Shown: positions 1-16,724 of the stretch, one piece after another | How positions within the stretch are numbered: the stretch's first letter is position 1 | Layout: each line of letters opens with the position of its first letter | Assembly: GCF_009914755.1 (NCBI RefSeq) | Contig: NC_060929.1 | DNA from: the human T2T-CHM13v2.0 reference genome, Homo sapiens | DNA length: 64,000 nt | Strand: one strand, 5' to 3' | Program-made: the position numbers and the translations under genes | The notes under the pieces: model-generated | Database searches by the model: none | The model's input: only the letters and a program-made list of their open reading frames with translations | What the model was told of the DNA's origin: nothing

Positions 1-445
1 GATGTCCACGTAAAATAAACCTGGGAACAACGTGTAATCATCCCTGGCACCCACATTCAATCACCAAATATGCTGTTTCTGAAATCTATACTTCTCTCCA
101 TCCCCTACACCAGGTCACTCTCTCCTAAACTTCTAAAACCTCCTCCTAACTGTTCTGCCATCACTCATACTTACTTTCCTTCCAATCCTCCCAAGAGGTA
201 AGCAGGATTCTTAAGATGTAAACAGGATCATGTCACTCTTTCAGTTAAAAAAAAAACAACAACAACCCTCAAAAGACTTCCCTTTGCCTTTAGGATAAAG
301 TTCAAGCTCCTTAAGATAGCTTGTAAAACTGACTTCTTCTTACTTCTGCTTACTTCTTGGGTCACTTCTTGCTACTGATCAGTGACCACCCTGTTCCATA
401 ATTTACACACCTTTTTCCAACCCTATTTAACTATTTTCAATTCCC
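1..445 (+). mobile_element. L2 LINE 3' relic
   Basis: Degenerate L2 3'-end phrases (gatcatgtcactc..., aggataaagttcaagctccttaa). Confidence 0.55.
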
Positions 446-564
446 TGAATGTTCACCTGAGCATTAAATCCACTTGATAATGATCATCTGTGCTCCTCTT
501 GGAAAGGAGAAAAGCAGAGTCAAGTAAAATTAGGAGAACTTAAAATACAAAACCTTATAAACAA

Positions 565-860
565 GAGTGGGCATGGTGGCTCACGCCTGTAATCCCAGCA
601 CTGTGGGAGGCTGAGGCAGGTGGATCACCTGAGATCAGGAGTTCAACACCAGCCAGGCCAACACAGTGAAACTCTTTCTCTATTAAAAATACAAAAGTTA
701 GGAGTGGTGGCGCATGCCGGTAGTCCCAGCTACTTGGGAAGGTGAGGCAGCAGAATCACTTGAACCCAGGAGGCAGAGGTTGCCATGAGCTGAGATTGCG
801 CCACTGCACCCCAGCCTGGGTGACAGAGCAAGACCCTGTCTCAAAAAAACAAACAAAAAA
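565..860 (+). mobile_element. Alu (AluS-type), full length
   Basis: Dimeric Alu with A tail. 16-bp TSD aaaaccttataaacaa at 549-564 and 861-876. Confidence 0.95.
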
Positions 861-1035
861 AAAACCTTATAAACAAAAGAGACAACTGTGAGAATTATCA
901 CTGCTTGCTGCTGGAAACTTGCATTTTACTACACCCTCCTCCTTCTCTATTGGCATCTTCAAATTTCTTTTCCTGAAGTGTATTTTTTTAAGAAATGGGT
1001 CAGAGATGCAAATTTCTCTTCCTCTATTAAGACTT

Positions 1036-1345
<310 letters not shown>

Positions 1346-4300
1346 CTAGACAATCAAATCTTTTGCCAAATACAGAAATGACAGACATCTGATTCAAAGA
1401 CAAAAGGAAAGAGGAACAGAGGAACAGAGAGATTAAAAATATGTATTAGAAAACAAAGAGCTGAAATACAGACAAACACATACAAAGAAACAGGAGCCAC
1501 ATCACATTAGTAACTGCATTCCCAGTATCTAGGGCTCAGCACATAGTAGCTGCTTAATAAATACTTCTTGATTTGCAAGTTGGATACATGGATAAACAGA
1601 CAAAATTCTAAAAACTGGTAACATCATTTGCTGTCTCTGAGAAATTCATAAAGAAAAAAAAATATCTACTCAAACTTCCCTGGATAGCCTGCCTTTTAAA
1701 GATATCACAGATCTTTAACTCACTGCATTAAAAAAAAAATCAAAAACTGAAGGCAAACAATTTTTAATTTAAAACTTGATTTTTATTATAGCAAGCATCT
1801 TAGTAGAGTCATAAGGCAAATTTGTGATAAAGTAAAATCATATTTTCATATGTTAAACATTTTATAGCGTCTCAGGGCCTATTTTAAAGTAACTATATAT
1901 TGCTTATTTTGTATATTTTATGGGGTTTATAGTAAATTTAGTATTTTATTTAAATTAGAACAAGTTAGAGTTGCTGAGTCTTTCCTTCTGTGTCATTCTG
2001 ATTAAAGCTATGATGGAATGCTTGAGTCCTCATTTATCTCTGGTTTTAATTAGGATGAACCTATGTGCCAGTCTGCCTAGGAGAGTACTAATTTATGCCT
2101 ATTATGAATATATAATTATTAATAACTCACTTCATCATTCTCTAAAGTGTCAGGAGTTTGGACAATAAATTATACTGTGACTCTAGTTACATTGTACCAT
2201 ACTGGGGAAAAATGCTAACTAAAAATATCTACTTAACAAGGAAGTTTCCAGAATACATTGTGGTACACAGCAGAGGCTTCATGAAGCAGTTTCTGGTTAC
2301 CTCCTTATGTAAACTAACAAACCGATGTATATGCACTGCCCCTGAGATTTTGAGTTATAGGTGGGGAGGAGCATTCTGTCTTCCACTCTATCTGTACTTA
2401 ACACACTGCCACCACCACCAGCACAACACGAGAGACGGGCCTGAAATATTGGCCTCACAGTTTTCTATTTATCTAATGTATGTTGAAACGAGCTAAATTG
2501 ACACCAAGGATGTACAAGTTGTTGAGGACCATTAACAATTTAGCAATTAGAGGCAAGAAGAACAGACCAGGACTTTCTTAAAGAAGGGGCAGAGAGACAG
2601 AAGCTCAAAACAGAAGGCTCCTGTAAGATTCCTGGCCAAGAACAGTCATGAATGCTTACACCAAAGAATCCTGCAGTGCACCTTCTAATGACTTAAGACC
2701 CTGCTGAGAAAACTGAAGGATGTAGGGACAGGGAGGAGTTTGATTTTAGGTGCTAGCTGAATGTGAAACAGGAGAACCTAGAGGAGAGTACCAACCTACA
2801 CAGAGGTAATAAGGAGTGTGATCGTTACCTTCATCCCACAAAGAGCAGGAACACAGCATTTTATCTAACCAGTCTTGATAAAACTTAAATATGAGAGTCA
2901 AAGGGAAACATTTAAATCATAACATGATATTAAATAATGCAGAAAAATGGCACATATGACTCAGCAGAAAAACAGTAGAGAAAATCATAACTCTTTAACC
3001 TCTAAAGTTTAAAACCAATGATGAAAATATGGAAACAAATAGCAGTAACATCACCTTACATTTATATAGTTCTTTAAAGTTCACAAAGTCCTTTCGCTTC
3101 CATAATGACATGTAACCCTCAACTCTGAGGTAGATGAGGACCATTACCTTCAGTGAAAGGAGGAGACAGGGACTCAGGAAGTAAGCATAGGACTGAAGGT
3201 CACACAGGAAGTGAGGAAGCCAAATAAAACAAACCCATCTTCACCAAGGGAAGATTCTGGGTTGCAAAAAGAAGACATGAACATAATATCAATCCTCAGC
3301 AAAATGCTGTGAAATATTATTTTAAAAGCTAAGAAAAAAATCGAACACCTGTTTTGAGACTCTAAAAAGTATTATGAATGAGTCATCTGGAACTAACATT
3401 ATTTTCTACTTGTAGAAAGAGTTTTAAGATCCTTAAAAGTTCAGGGACATTCCAATGGCATTTCAGATAGGGCTGTCAGCAAGACAACTGACAGATTCTC
3501 TCTTCGGGCAGACTGAAACCAGATCTTGCCCTGGTCACCACTGAAACTCCTTTTACTCAGCACACTGTAACATGGTACTCCAGATAGTTACTGAATGAAG
3601 TGTAAGGGCATTCTGTCTTGACATACAAATTCAAGAAATGCAGGCTAGAGGGGATAGTAAAATGATTCATAGTTAAATCAGCACCTACAATAAGAAGGAT
3701 ATGATTACTGGATTGACTTAAACATGCAAGAAGACCTATCTCAGGGCTCCAAGCTGGTCTTTTCCAAATGTTTTAATCAATAATTTGAAAATATAAAACA
3801 ATAACCATTATTTCCATGTCAGCTACCTTTATCATTACTGAACACTTACATCTTTGCATTATGGTAAGTACTTTGCAAGTACACTCTTACATATTCCTCC
3901 AAGCATCTTTTTGAAGAAATACTGTAATCCCATTGCACGGATGAAAAAACTGAGACTTTACAAAAGGCTATGCAATCTTCTCAGGATTACAGAACTAGTG
4001 AATGACAAAGCAAGGATGCAGACCTCACTCAGCCTTTCTGATTCCCAAGCCTGTCTTTTAAACAAATGTATGTATTATACTTATCAAATCTGGAAGATAC
4101 AGAGCTATGAAGGACACACAATACAGGGAAGGATGTCATGTTTTGAATCAGAACTGAAAATAAGTTTAACAGCTCTCCTGAGGACACGAATTATCTACAG
4201 TACTAATAAAGAATAGAGAGATCAGATTTATTCTGCATAGACCATCAGGGAATTATTATTTCTTATTGAATTTCTTAGTGCTTTTCAAAGGAGCTTTCCT

Positions 4301-4536
4301 ACCTAAAAGTGCTTAATAGGAAGCTGGCTGATGTGTCAGAAATGTTCTACACGGGTGGAGTTCAGAATATACGACCTGAAAGTCCCCCCAGTTTCATTTA
4401 CTTCAGAAAACATCTTAGAACACAAGCGGGGACTCCAAGTTGATGATTCTATTAACGTACATTTTTCATAATCTGAAACTTTATTTTCCTATCACATTCA
4501 TTCCAGGTATTTTTTCCTACATCAGTGTCCTTCTGA

Positions 4537-4907
<371 letters not shown>

Positions 4908-4995
4908 CTAATTTTTTTAAAAAAGGAAACAACCTGGATGGCCAAAGCATATAGTTAATTATGGAATACAATGTAGGAGTAAAAAGACCGGGTTA

Positions 4996-5322
<327 letters not shown>

Positions 5323-6476
5323 TCAAAAAAATACATAAAAGATTATGTATAAGCACGTTTATGATAGCATGATCATTCATACCAAAAAATTACAGACAAC
5401 CTAACAGCCAACGCAGAGTAGGCTGGTACAATTTTCCAAAGAACTAAATTAAGATAAACACTCAACTTGAAAATGCTGGCAGAAGTATGCTCTTCCTTAA
5501 ATAGCATATATCTGGAGATTTTGCTTGTTGGTTTCAGTTCTTGCTTTTGCCAAAATTATCTCATGTGACTCCTCTTTTTCAGGTACATTAATGGTAATAT
5601 ATTCATGCAAATCAATAATAAAATGAATAATGTGCATATATCAATGTATTAAACGCACATTTAACTTACCTAAATTCAACCATATGTTTTAGGCAACAAA
5701 TCATGGACACTAATTGCAAGCCATCTATGTCATTGTGTTCTTAACTACACAAGCTGGTCTAAAACTTTCAATACAACTGGTTGTACTGAAAATATTGTGG
5801 GTTGTAAATTATACAAAAATCCATGTATTCCGTTAATGAGCCATCAGTAGATTCTGTTGGGAAATTCCTGTTCATGTGTGTGGTGAACAGAGGTGAAGTA
5901 ATGCATTATAAAACAATGATCTTTTTTATCCCTTCTTAAAATTAACTCAACTATTTTTGGACCCTAACCCCTATTGAAGATGTAATTCCACTATACATCT
6001 AGAAAAAGGATAGAATGAAATAAGTATTAGCATTCATCAAACATAGTACGAGACACGGACAATCATAAGAGCTTTATATATATTATTCCATTTAATGCTT
6101 ACAAAAACCTTGAAACAGGTACATCTCCAGTTTTACAACTGAGGACACTTAGGCACAGGCAGAGATTACTCACAACCTGAATATGAAGGACTTTCATTTT
6201 ATTTTTTAAAAAATGCTGTCCCCTTGCAATTCCCTAACGAGTTACAGATATAAGTGTATTTTTTTATACCACTTGAATTCAGTTTCCCTCTGAAACTCTA
6301 ATGAAAATACCATCCCTCCCCTCAACATATCCTCCCCATCCTAATGGCCCTTTACCCAGAAAGATGTGCTCTGCAAAAGCTTAAACTGGCATGTCTACTT
6401 TTCAAAGTGCTCATTAACAATGTGATAATGAACAATGTGAATGCAGACATCTGCTTGGTTCTAAAAATGAGGTCTA

Positions 6477-6757
<281 letters not shown>

Positions 6758-7794
6758 TAAACAAATACAGATTATGAAATATAATCTTTTCATCAATCAA
6801 TCAATCATTAGAGTTCAAAAGATTATATCTTAAGTTGAGGGATAAAATAAAACAAAGTAAAAATGAGGCCTAAATATGGCACTTCAAAGTGGGATGAAAA
6901 AGGTCCAATTAGCCTACCCTCTTCTCATTCTTCTGTGTGCAGTCCAGAATAAAGAAAAAAGAAAGTCTGAGACAGATGAAAGCATGGAATAGAAACAAAA
7001 CCACAGGCTACCAAAGACATGATTTTCAACTTTTTTAAAGGAGGTATTAGGCTTTATTTTAGCCCCTAATATGGGTTCACTGGGAAAACTGACCACCTAC
7101 GGTTAAGTTAGGGAATATACTTTTGTTTTTCCTACCACATGCAGCTAGGTCACCAGCAGAATAAGTTAAAATATAACTGGTCTGTTCCTTATGAGCCCTT
7201 TCAGTTGTTGACATGTACTATTTTGACAACCTAATTAATACCAATAGGAAATTCTGTCTTACTAATATCAAATATTTGGTGACAAAGGTGAAGTAATGCA
7301 TTAAAACATTGGTTTCCATCCTTAATACTAAAAGCAAAATTATCTTCTCATTTCCTATAGAGATAAATGAAACACCTGGAGAGCTAATATTTAAGCTACA
7401 ACCAATTAAAAAGAAATACCTGGCTGGGCAAATGTATATTTAGAAGTACAAACTGAACATCAAAATATCCTTCCTTTAGGCAGTTCAAATAACTTCGATA
7501 TGAATACAAAGGCTGAATGCATGCTTAACAATAATGATACAGAAATATTTCATCACAGCAGATGCAAAATGTATCATCATGTCACCCAGGTTCACGCCAT
7601 TTTCAAACACATCTATCATCAGACACTGATCAACTTCATGCAATGCTAGTTTAAATTTTACCCTCTAAGGAGATGCGTTACAAAATGCAGGTAGACACAC
7701 ATCCAAACGTTTAGCCCAATTTTAATTTGTTTTAAATAAAGCTTTTTGTATATGCAATGCATGTATCTGTTCAAAAACAAAGTCAATACTATAC

Positions 7795-7873
7795 CTGGTT
7801 ATTTCTTCTTTAAGTTTACATGGATCTTCAGCATAGAATTTAATACCGAAATACAAAGTATATGGAGGTCCAG
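7795..7873 (-). CDS. EPB41L4A: EPB41L4A coding exon (79 nt, probably exon 4): (T)[25 protein letters not shown](R)
   Basis: Acceptor tttcttattttag|CTGGAC and donor ACCAG|gtatag. The phase-1 start matches the previous exon. Contains the FERM F.(V/I)KFY..DP..L.EE.TR motif. Confidence 0.95.
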
Positions 7874-10722
7874 CTAAAATAAGAAATAGAAATTAAATTT
7901 CACTAAAATCATAAATTAGTCAAAGTTACAGTATAATATTATACAGCTATTTACAATTACACTCCAAGATTGTCTAAAGAAACAAGAAAACATAAGATAA
8001 AAACAGCAAGGTTCAGAACTGTGACGATAGGACCTCGACACATACACACACACAGATAAAAGACAGGGCCAAATACACCAGAATGTTGCTGGTTCTTATG
8101 TCTGGTTGGTGAGGTTATGGACAATTTTTATTATATATGTTTTTCCCATTTTCTATAGTATATATGTAATTTTTCATAGTGAAGAAAGAAAAAAAATAAA
8201 TGGTTTAAAAAACCACCCACTATCATTTCATTTAAAAAAAATAGTTTTTAAACCTATCTGCAAAAAGCTGAAAACAACTTAAATGCTCAGCAGCATGTGG
8301 ACTATTTAAGTCAGCCCCAGCCACAGGACATATACCATGCAAATGTTTAAACAGACAGAAGGGCATCTGCATGTGCTCATGTGGAAAAGACCAACTATCT
8401 AAATTTCCGAGCACAGAAATATCATACCTTTTGTGAAAAAGTATCAGTTAATATATATTTGAGTTTTTTTTCCTGGAAGAGTACAAAAAAAATTACTAAA
8501 TGGCAAACTCTGGGAAGAAGGGCTAGAAACATTCTATCCTTAAACTAATTCATTAGAATTTTCTTATGATAACTCTTACCTTTTTTTACAGGAAAAAAGT
8601 CATCAGTGAGGCTACATAATAAAATTAGGGACAATATTTGTTTCATTCTTAAACATTTCTGAATCTAAAAATGTGTTCTCACGTATTTAAGAAAACCTTT
8701 CTCATCTCATTAATTTACCAAAGAAGAACTATGCCTACAAACTTTTTTTTAAAATCAGAAACAAAGCCTGGAATTGTATGTACATGGGCAAATAAAAAAT
8801 AAACACTCATATTGTGCAAGAAGACACAAACCCCTTGGGTGCTGAACACATTATATTATGCTTTTACTAGAAATATTTTTATTTCTGAGGGTATCAATCT
8901 AATCTGTACTGTTTCCAAAAGTGCATATTTCCAAGCTGTGCAGTAACTAGATCTAATACACTTTGTTTTTAAAAGGATTTGTTTTGTTACCTGGTATACC
9001 AATTAGTGGTTACGGGTGTTAATTTTGTTTTCCAACAAAAGCTCTCCCACAAATTAAAAAGAAAAGATGTGAAGCATGCATCTCAGTAAAAGTCTTCGAT
9101 ACTATCTAAACTGATAAAGTAACCCCAGTCTCGCTATTCTTAACTGAATAAATAAAGTCACAAATTTAGAAACTGGGGAAAAGAAATTAAAACGAACAAG
9201 AATAAAGGTATCATGTATTTATAACATATGAACTATGTTACTATTTATTAATATTACATACACATACTTATGTGTGCAGCACCCTGGAACCCTGTTCCTG
9301 GCATGTGGGAGACCATCAAGATGAGGATCCTGCCCCTCCCCTCATCTGTGCCTTCCTGTGTAAAGACACTCCTTATGCTACAGCTTTTTTAAAAACTAAA
9401 CTTTAAAAGAAACTGCTAGAATTTCTTATTATTGGAGTTGATTCCTTATGTTTAACTTTTATGTTTGTTTAACCACTGTGTTTGTATTTCTGACAAATAC
9501 ACCTCTATCCCTGAACATAGATGTCAGGGAGGCACAGACTATTAAATATTTAGAAGAGCCAGGAAGTCCACCCTCAGCTTATCCGTCTGTGTCAATCAAG
9601 CTCCATGTTCCTGAGCAGATGGGTCTGCCTGTGCCCGCAGGCAGCTGGGGTTGGTACCTAGGGGGCGGGGAGGAGCACAGATGCTGCTGAGATGGTGCAC
9701 AAAGGGAAGAGGCCTTCTCCAGGCCTCAGAGCTGCTTCTATTCTTTGGAACATGACAGATTACACCCTATTCACCAAGCCCACGCATTTCAAATGTTCAG
9801 TATGAACAGTTAAGCAAAAATGTTAAAAGTACACAGTTAAAAACATTAGGTTTTGGCTAATTTTCTCTAAGGTCTTCTGGCCCAAACTAGACCTTCATTT
9901 CCCATTCACATATAAAATGGCTGTGTTCTAAATATAAGGCATTATTACCATTTGGTTACACTTCATAATGTACGAAAATGTTTCATAAACATTTGATTCT
10001 CAACAACAAAAACTTGGGAACATATGCAAGGCACATTAAACTCCAAGGAGTTAAACAACTTGCCTAAAATCACAGGGAAGAAAAAAAAGTTTGCTATCAT
10101 CTAGGGCTCAGCACTTTGGGGTGCACCATTCTATACAGCTTCTCAGGGAAATACAAAATAATAATACCTTTAGAGTGAGATAATACTCTCATATGCATCA
10201 CTGTTTCAGAAAGCAACCAAAGGCTATAGAAATGAACATTTTGGACAAGGATATGTCTAGCCAGATATTTTTTGGCTCCCTATTCTAAGACTGACTACAA
10301 AAAAGTAAGGTGCTGATAATTCAAATTACAAAATTATTGTCTTGAATCCACATCATTCCATGGACTCAAACGTTTAAGAAACTCTTATGTAAAGTGAAGT
10401 TAATATTGTTTCACTTTAGCAAAAAATACAGAAGCCAAAAACTGGGAATCCTCTATATTTTGTGTAGACTAATTTTGAGGTCTTTGATAAGGAGTTTCTC
10501 ATTAACTCAAGGAGAAATAAATCAAGATTAACTATAAGCATTCTGGTAACTAGCAAATGTTCTGTCATTTTTATAGATTCTCTTTCTGACTAATCTATTA
10601 GAGATTTGATAGCCATTTTCCTTCACTATCAAATAATTTCATGAGATAAAATGTAAGGATTCTTCAGTCACTAACGTTTCGTCAATTATAATACCAGTTG
10701 TTTTATTCTTACTATACATCAA

Positions 10723-11011
10723 TTTTTTTTTTTTGAGATGGAGTCTCGCTCTGTCATCCAGGCTGGAGTGCAGTGGTGGGATCTCAGGTCACTGCAACCT
10801 CCGCCTCCTGGGTTTTAAGCCATCCTCTCTGCCTCAGCCTCCCGAATAGCTGGGATTACAGGCACTCGCCACCACATCTGGCTAATTTTTGTATTTTTAG
10901 CAGAGACGAGGCTTCACCATGTTGGCCAGGCTGGTCTTCAACTCCTGACCTCAGGTGATCCACCTGCCTCAGCCACCCAAACTGCTGGGATTACAGGCAT
11001 AAGACACCACG
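10723..11011 (-). mobile_element. Alu (AluS-type)
   Basis: Poly(T) plus reverse-complement Alu consensus. Confidence 0.93.
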
Positions 11012-11238
11012 AGTCTTATGCAAATTTTTAATATTGCATTTTTAGAATGAAAAAGTGACTGCATTATAGACTGATACTTAAATAAAATATTTCATACCAT
11101 GTAAATAAGTAGACACTTTAAATGTGCTTAGGAACACTTTAATAATGCACCTTAAAATAATTAACATTTTTTCATCACCTTGATAGAAATATCAACTTTT
11201 CCTATAAAAGAAACCTGTGAGTTTATTTTAAAATAATT

Positions 11239-11840
<602 letters not shown>

Positions 11841-12737
11841 TCAGAATGGGGATAATGAATGCCAGAAGAATCCACTCCGTTTTGATTAGCAATAATTCAC
11901 ACAGTTCAGCAAAATGCTTTAATGGGGAACAGAGTTTCAGTTTAGGGAGATTAAAATGTTTTGGAGATGGACAGTGATGATGGTTGCACAACAACGTAAA
12001 TGTACCTAATGCCACTGAATTGCACACAAAAATGGTTAAAAGGATCCATTTTATATGTTATGTACCTTTTATTTCAATTGAAACAGACAATTTTTTTAAA
12101 AAGAGTATTTTTTGCGCACTTAAGGAGCCTCTGTTTGTGCTTATAAATAAAAACTTGGGTTCTGGAAATTAAGATTAAGGAATATATACTTAATTATATT
12201 GCATCTCCTTATAATATTTGTATTGATAAAACCAAAAAGCTAGCTCCCAAAAATGGTCTCTCTCTGAAGACCACTTTTCAGATCACAAAGGCACCTCTTA
12301 CTTACTGGCTTAGGAAACTGAGTGGTCTGAATGGCAAAACCATGCCATAACCCAAGAAACTCAAGCTCTTTAAAAGCTTGGACATTATGACCCATCCCTG
12401 CAGCCCACCTACCACCCCCGTTAATGTCTATTTGCCTTTTTGTTTTAAGGTCAAATTTTAAAGACAAGCATACAGAAAAACCACAGACAAAATCAAGGAA
12501 AGACCTGCCTCTAGGAAAAATTCCATACTAAGATCCACTCAGAAACTGATTAAATTTAATCTGACTTTGGAGAGGGCCTAGCAATGCACACAATACACAC
12601 ATTCCCATATTCTGGTACTCAAGTACTAGTATTCACTTCTTTCTCCAGTACTAAAGCCCACTTCTGCACCCAACTAATCATGGACTTTGTCATCGTTTTC
12701 AAGCCACCCTTTAACAAAGTAAAAGCTAAATACCTAC

Positions 12738-12789
12738 TGTTGATCAGTTCTTTGTGTTCAGCAAGGGTTTTTGCAGGATCCAGCCAATA
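12738..12789 (-). CDS. EPB41L4A: EPB41L4A coding exon (52 nt, probably exon 3): YWLDPAKTLAEHKELIN(T)
   Basis: Acceptor tcttcctcacacag|TATTGG and donor ATCAACA|gtaggt. It continues the previous exon in frame and contains the FERM WLDP.K motif. Not present in the ORF track. Confidence 0.93.
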
Positions 12790-12973
12790 CTGTGTGAGGA
12801 AGAAAAGGACAATTAAAGAAATTAGTTGCTTTTCATTAGCTTTTACTTCAAGAATATTTGCAAAATGTTATTTAAACAACATTTTAAAACTTGGTCAGTT
12901 AAACACTTCTCTCATATACACACACAAACATACATAAGAGTTTTCTGCAGCAAGAACAGTAAAAGAAAAAATA

Positions 12974-13097
12974 GGCCAGGCACGGTGGCTCACACCTGAA
13001 ATCCCAGCACTTTGGGAGGCAGGGGAGGAAGGACTGCTTGAGGCCAGAAGTTTAAGACCACCCTGGCCAATATGGCATGACCCCATCTTTTAAAAAT
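12974..13097 (+). mobile_element. Alu left monomer (FLAM/AluJ-like)
   Basis: ggccaggcacggtggctcac...ccccatct followed by A-rich sequence. No right arm. Confidence 0.85.
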
Positions 13098-14884
13098 AAC
13101 ATTAAATTAAAAATAAAATACAAAGAGAAAGATGATGCTGACGTTGGAAGAGAGGCAAAGAAGAGCAGCAGTACTTGCTGGGTCCCTGGTTGAATTATCA
13201 TACTGATTATAATGTGACATCCAAATGCTTACAAGTGACTTCTATTTTTGGTGGGAAAATAATGGCCTCAAAAAAAATGTCCTCCAAGTCTCTTTCCAAA
13301 GTCTCCATCATCCCAAGCACTGCTCCCCTTAGAGCCATGTCTCTTCCTAATACGTCCTCACCATCTTTGCTTCCAGTCTCATCCCTACAGGTATTGCTGC
13401 TAGGTGTTAGGAAGAAAGCAATCAAATCGTCATTAAGGATCCAGGAGAGCAGTTCAGCACAGTGGCTGAGGGCCTGAATCCCAGGGCAGACCCATAGAGA
13501 GTCTGTTCTGACTCTCCCCATGTCATTGCCATGTAACTTAGGACAAGCAACTGGACACCACTGGACCTTCCTCATAAGGTTCCTGTGCAGATTAAATAAG
13601 TTAATCCAGGTAAAGTCTTTAGAATAGCCCCTAGCTCAGGCTACACATGCTAAGAATGATTAGGTTACCTCTAATAACTGCCTTTGGCCAGTCTAAGATA
13701 CCTACTTATTAATTCAAATTAACAGTTAATGAACAGAATTTCAAGTGGTGGCAGGAGAATTCGGGGTCCTGGGGAGAGGCCTTCCTTTAAATCTCACAAT
13801 TATTAAGTAGAATTATCGAAGGAAAGAGATGAGGTAAGCCTCTAGCTTCGCCTCTCCATCTGTGGGAAGAGCAGGGCAGAAGCCAAGGAAGCACAGAGGG
13901 CACTGGAGTTCCCACAAAAGCAGAGTCAAAGGGATAAGGGCTGCCCTGGAGGGTCAGGGGAGGGCAGAGATGGAATCGCTCCCACACTCTCCTAGCCAGA
14001 TGCTGGGGACCCCCAGGGCCAAGCCACTCAGTTTCCATTTCCTCGTGCTCCTTAATGAAGAAGGGGCAATTCCCACCACAGCGAGGTAGGAGCTGACCCA
14101 CTTTGAGCCACGTTCCATCCAGCACTCATGCGCTGGCGCAGTTCCCCACTTTCCTTCCCCTCAGTTGAGGGCAGAATGCTTGTTCTGCTATGTAACGGTA
14201 GCAATAATTATAAATGGCAATTATAATGCTTTATGCAATCCCCTTACCCTTTATTCCTAATTATGAATGCAATTATTCATACTATGAATACTATGACTAT
14301 GAATACAACTGTTGTAGTCATTTTACTGTAAGATTTTATAACTATACTAAACTCTATTCATGCATATATAAGCTTCATTATTTGTCACTCACAGCAGTTT
14401 CCATTTTTTGACTTTTTTTTAAAAAAAAGTAGAGTAACCAACATATCTAAGTGTAGCAACTAAAAACTAAAAATAAAAACTAAAATGTTCATTATTCTGG
14501 TTTTCATCATGTCTTATTTTTCAAAGGTCTAGAATCACTCACTTTTAAAACAGAAAGTGTATTTGAGGCAGAGGATGTGTCAGTGAAATGCTCTTGGAGC
14601 CCACAGCGACTAAAAATGAGGCTTTGGTGTTAAAATTATGATCCCCAGGGAAAGTGTAGCTCATTCAAGTAGAGTAAAATCAATCCAAACGTTAAGCTGT
14701 GTGTTGGACACAACGCAGACCCATCCCTTTACATATATAAAGCTGTGGGTTCTTCATGAAATGGAAACATGAGGTGAGGGGACTGTTTCTTGCCATTCAT
14801 GTTAAACAAAAAGGTTTTACTATCCCCTGAATTTTCCAATGAAGAGAAAACCAAGGAAAACAAACGCAAATACTCATTAACACT

Positions 14885-15045
14885 TGCATTCGGTTTCCAC
14901 TGCTGCCGTAACAAATTACCACAAGCTTAGAGGCTAAAACAACACCTGTTTATTATCTCAGAGTGCTGAAAGTTAGTGTCTTTCTTTGCTTCAAATTTCA
15001 CAAGGCTAAAATCAAGATGTCAGCCTGCTGGGGTCTTGGAGAGCT
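14885..15045 (-). mobile_element. MLT1 (MaLR) LTR fragment
   Basis: tgctgccgtaacaaattaccacaagcttagaggctaaaacaacac matches the MLT1 LTR terminus. Confidence 0.65.
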
Positions 15046-16724
15046 GGTTGGTTAGGGGACCGTATTCCCTAGAGCACAGTAAGGGAGAGGGCTTATGGAT
15101 GCGTTATTAGAGGCTCTCCCAGTTTCTCCAGGTGTCAAGGCACATGTAACATTGGGATTTAATTTCACGCCCTACGCTACACTTACACATGAAGTGTCAA
15201 TATGTGCTTGTGGCAAGAAGGGAAAAAAGGAGGCTTTGGTCTTATTACTGTCTGTCTAATCTTGTTCTGAAACTAGTAAGGGGCAGAAATCAGAGTTTTA
15301 AATTTCTCCTCCTATCATCATCATCATCCCAAAAGACAACCTTTGTAATTTTTTTTCAGATTTTTTGATTCATTTTGTTTTGTTTTGTCTTTGTTTCCTT
15401 GTCTCCAGAATGCTTTTCAGTCACTAAAGCCAGCTAAAGAAAATAGGAAGAAAAAATTTTAACTACATATAATGGGAAAAACTGGTTAATCTATCAAAAA
15501 TTTTACATTAATGATAATCTGTTCTATTTTAAAATAAATCTCTTTCCTTGAGAGTGATTAAATTTGAGAGGTGAAAAAAGTAAAATAACAGTTTCAAGAA
15601 AAGTTAGAAATTACAATTCTGCAGCACGAAGCAGCAGCAGCAAGACTCAGTCAAAGGCTATTCAATCAACTCACTGCACATTTGCTATGCTAAGCATCAC
15701 CCTAGAGCCGGCCACACACAAATCTCATTTGATCAAAATGGAAACCAGGGGTTACAGAGGTCAGACAATGATAAATGCCCAAGAACATAAATAATAAACA
15801 CAAGTCACCAGGTTTCAGAAGCCAAGATCTTGAAATGTAAAACCCACTTACGTTCAACCAAGGGAAAGATGTGACCTTGGAACCAAAGCAGCCATGCTAT
15901 GATGGCACTTGTCACCATTCATTATCAACAAGCAATCAAACAGAGCACATGGAAGATCAGAGTGAAACACAGCAGCCTGTTACTCTATAGTTTAAGAGAA
16001 AAAAGGGCACAAAAAATTGCCAATGAACACAATATCCCTGTTTTAAGGAATACATCCAGAATACTGGTCATGGAGTGCCAATATTCTGGAGGTAGACTCT
16101 AAAACTGGGATATCATTCATTCATTCATCACTTATGGATATCCACTATACATGTTCTTTACATGACATGTCAGACACTGTCCTTAGTATGGGAACACAAA
16201 GTTGAATGAGACCCGTGACTAACCTCGCACTCACAGCCCAGCAGGAGACACACAGCCATGTAATTACAATACAATGTGGTGAGACAATAATTACTTATAT
16301 AAGATGAATACATATGAGATAATAAAATCATGTACAAGGAAAATTAACTGCAGGGTGAGTATACAATGGCTTTACTAAAAAAATCGTTAAATAGCATGTT
16401 CAAAAAAACTTTCTCAAAATACATAAATGGGAGATAACAGAGCCTTAAATCTGTATAAAGTACATGTCTATCAGCTCAACTGCTCTTAAAGCAAGTGAGT
16501 AAATTTCCATGTAATAACACAGAATGTAATACTCTAAGTCCTTTACAATTGAACACCCTATTGAAGTCAGTGTTGCCTAACAGCTAACAAATACTCAGCT
16601 AAGCAATCAATATTCATGGAGAACTTCCAGAAAGGGAAGTAGTCCATTCAGTCTTTCCACCTGCCCCACGTGAGGGGAAAGAGGAGCAGAGAGCTGAGAA
16701 TCATGCAGTGTGGTGCCCTAAGAG

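Noticed and set aside
14210-14350. Repeated tatgaa/ctatga motifs giving a Tyr-rich ORF
   Set aside because: Low-complexity AT-rich slippage with no regular repeat-spacer structure, so it is neither CRISPR-like nor coding.
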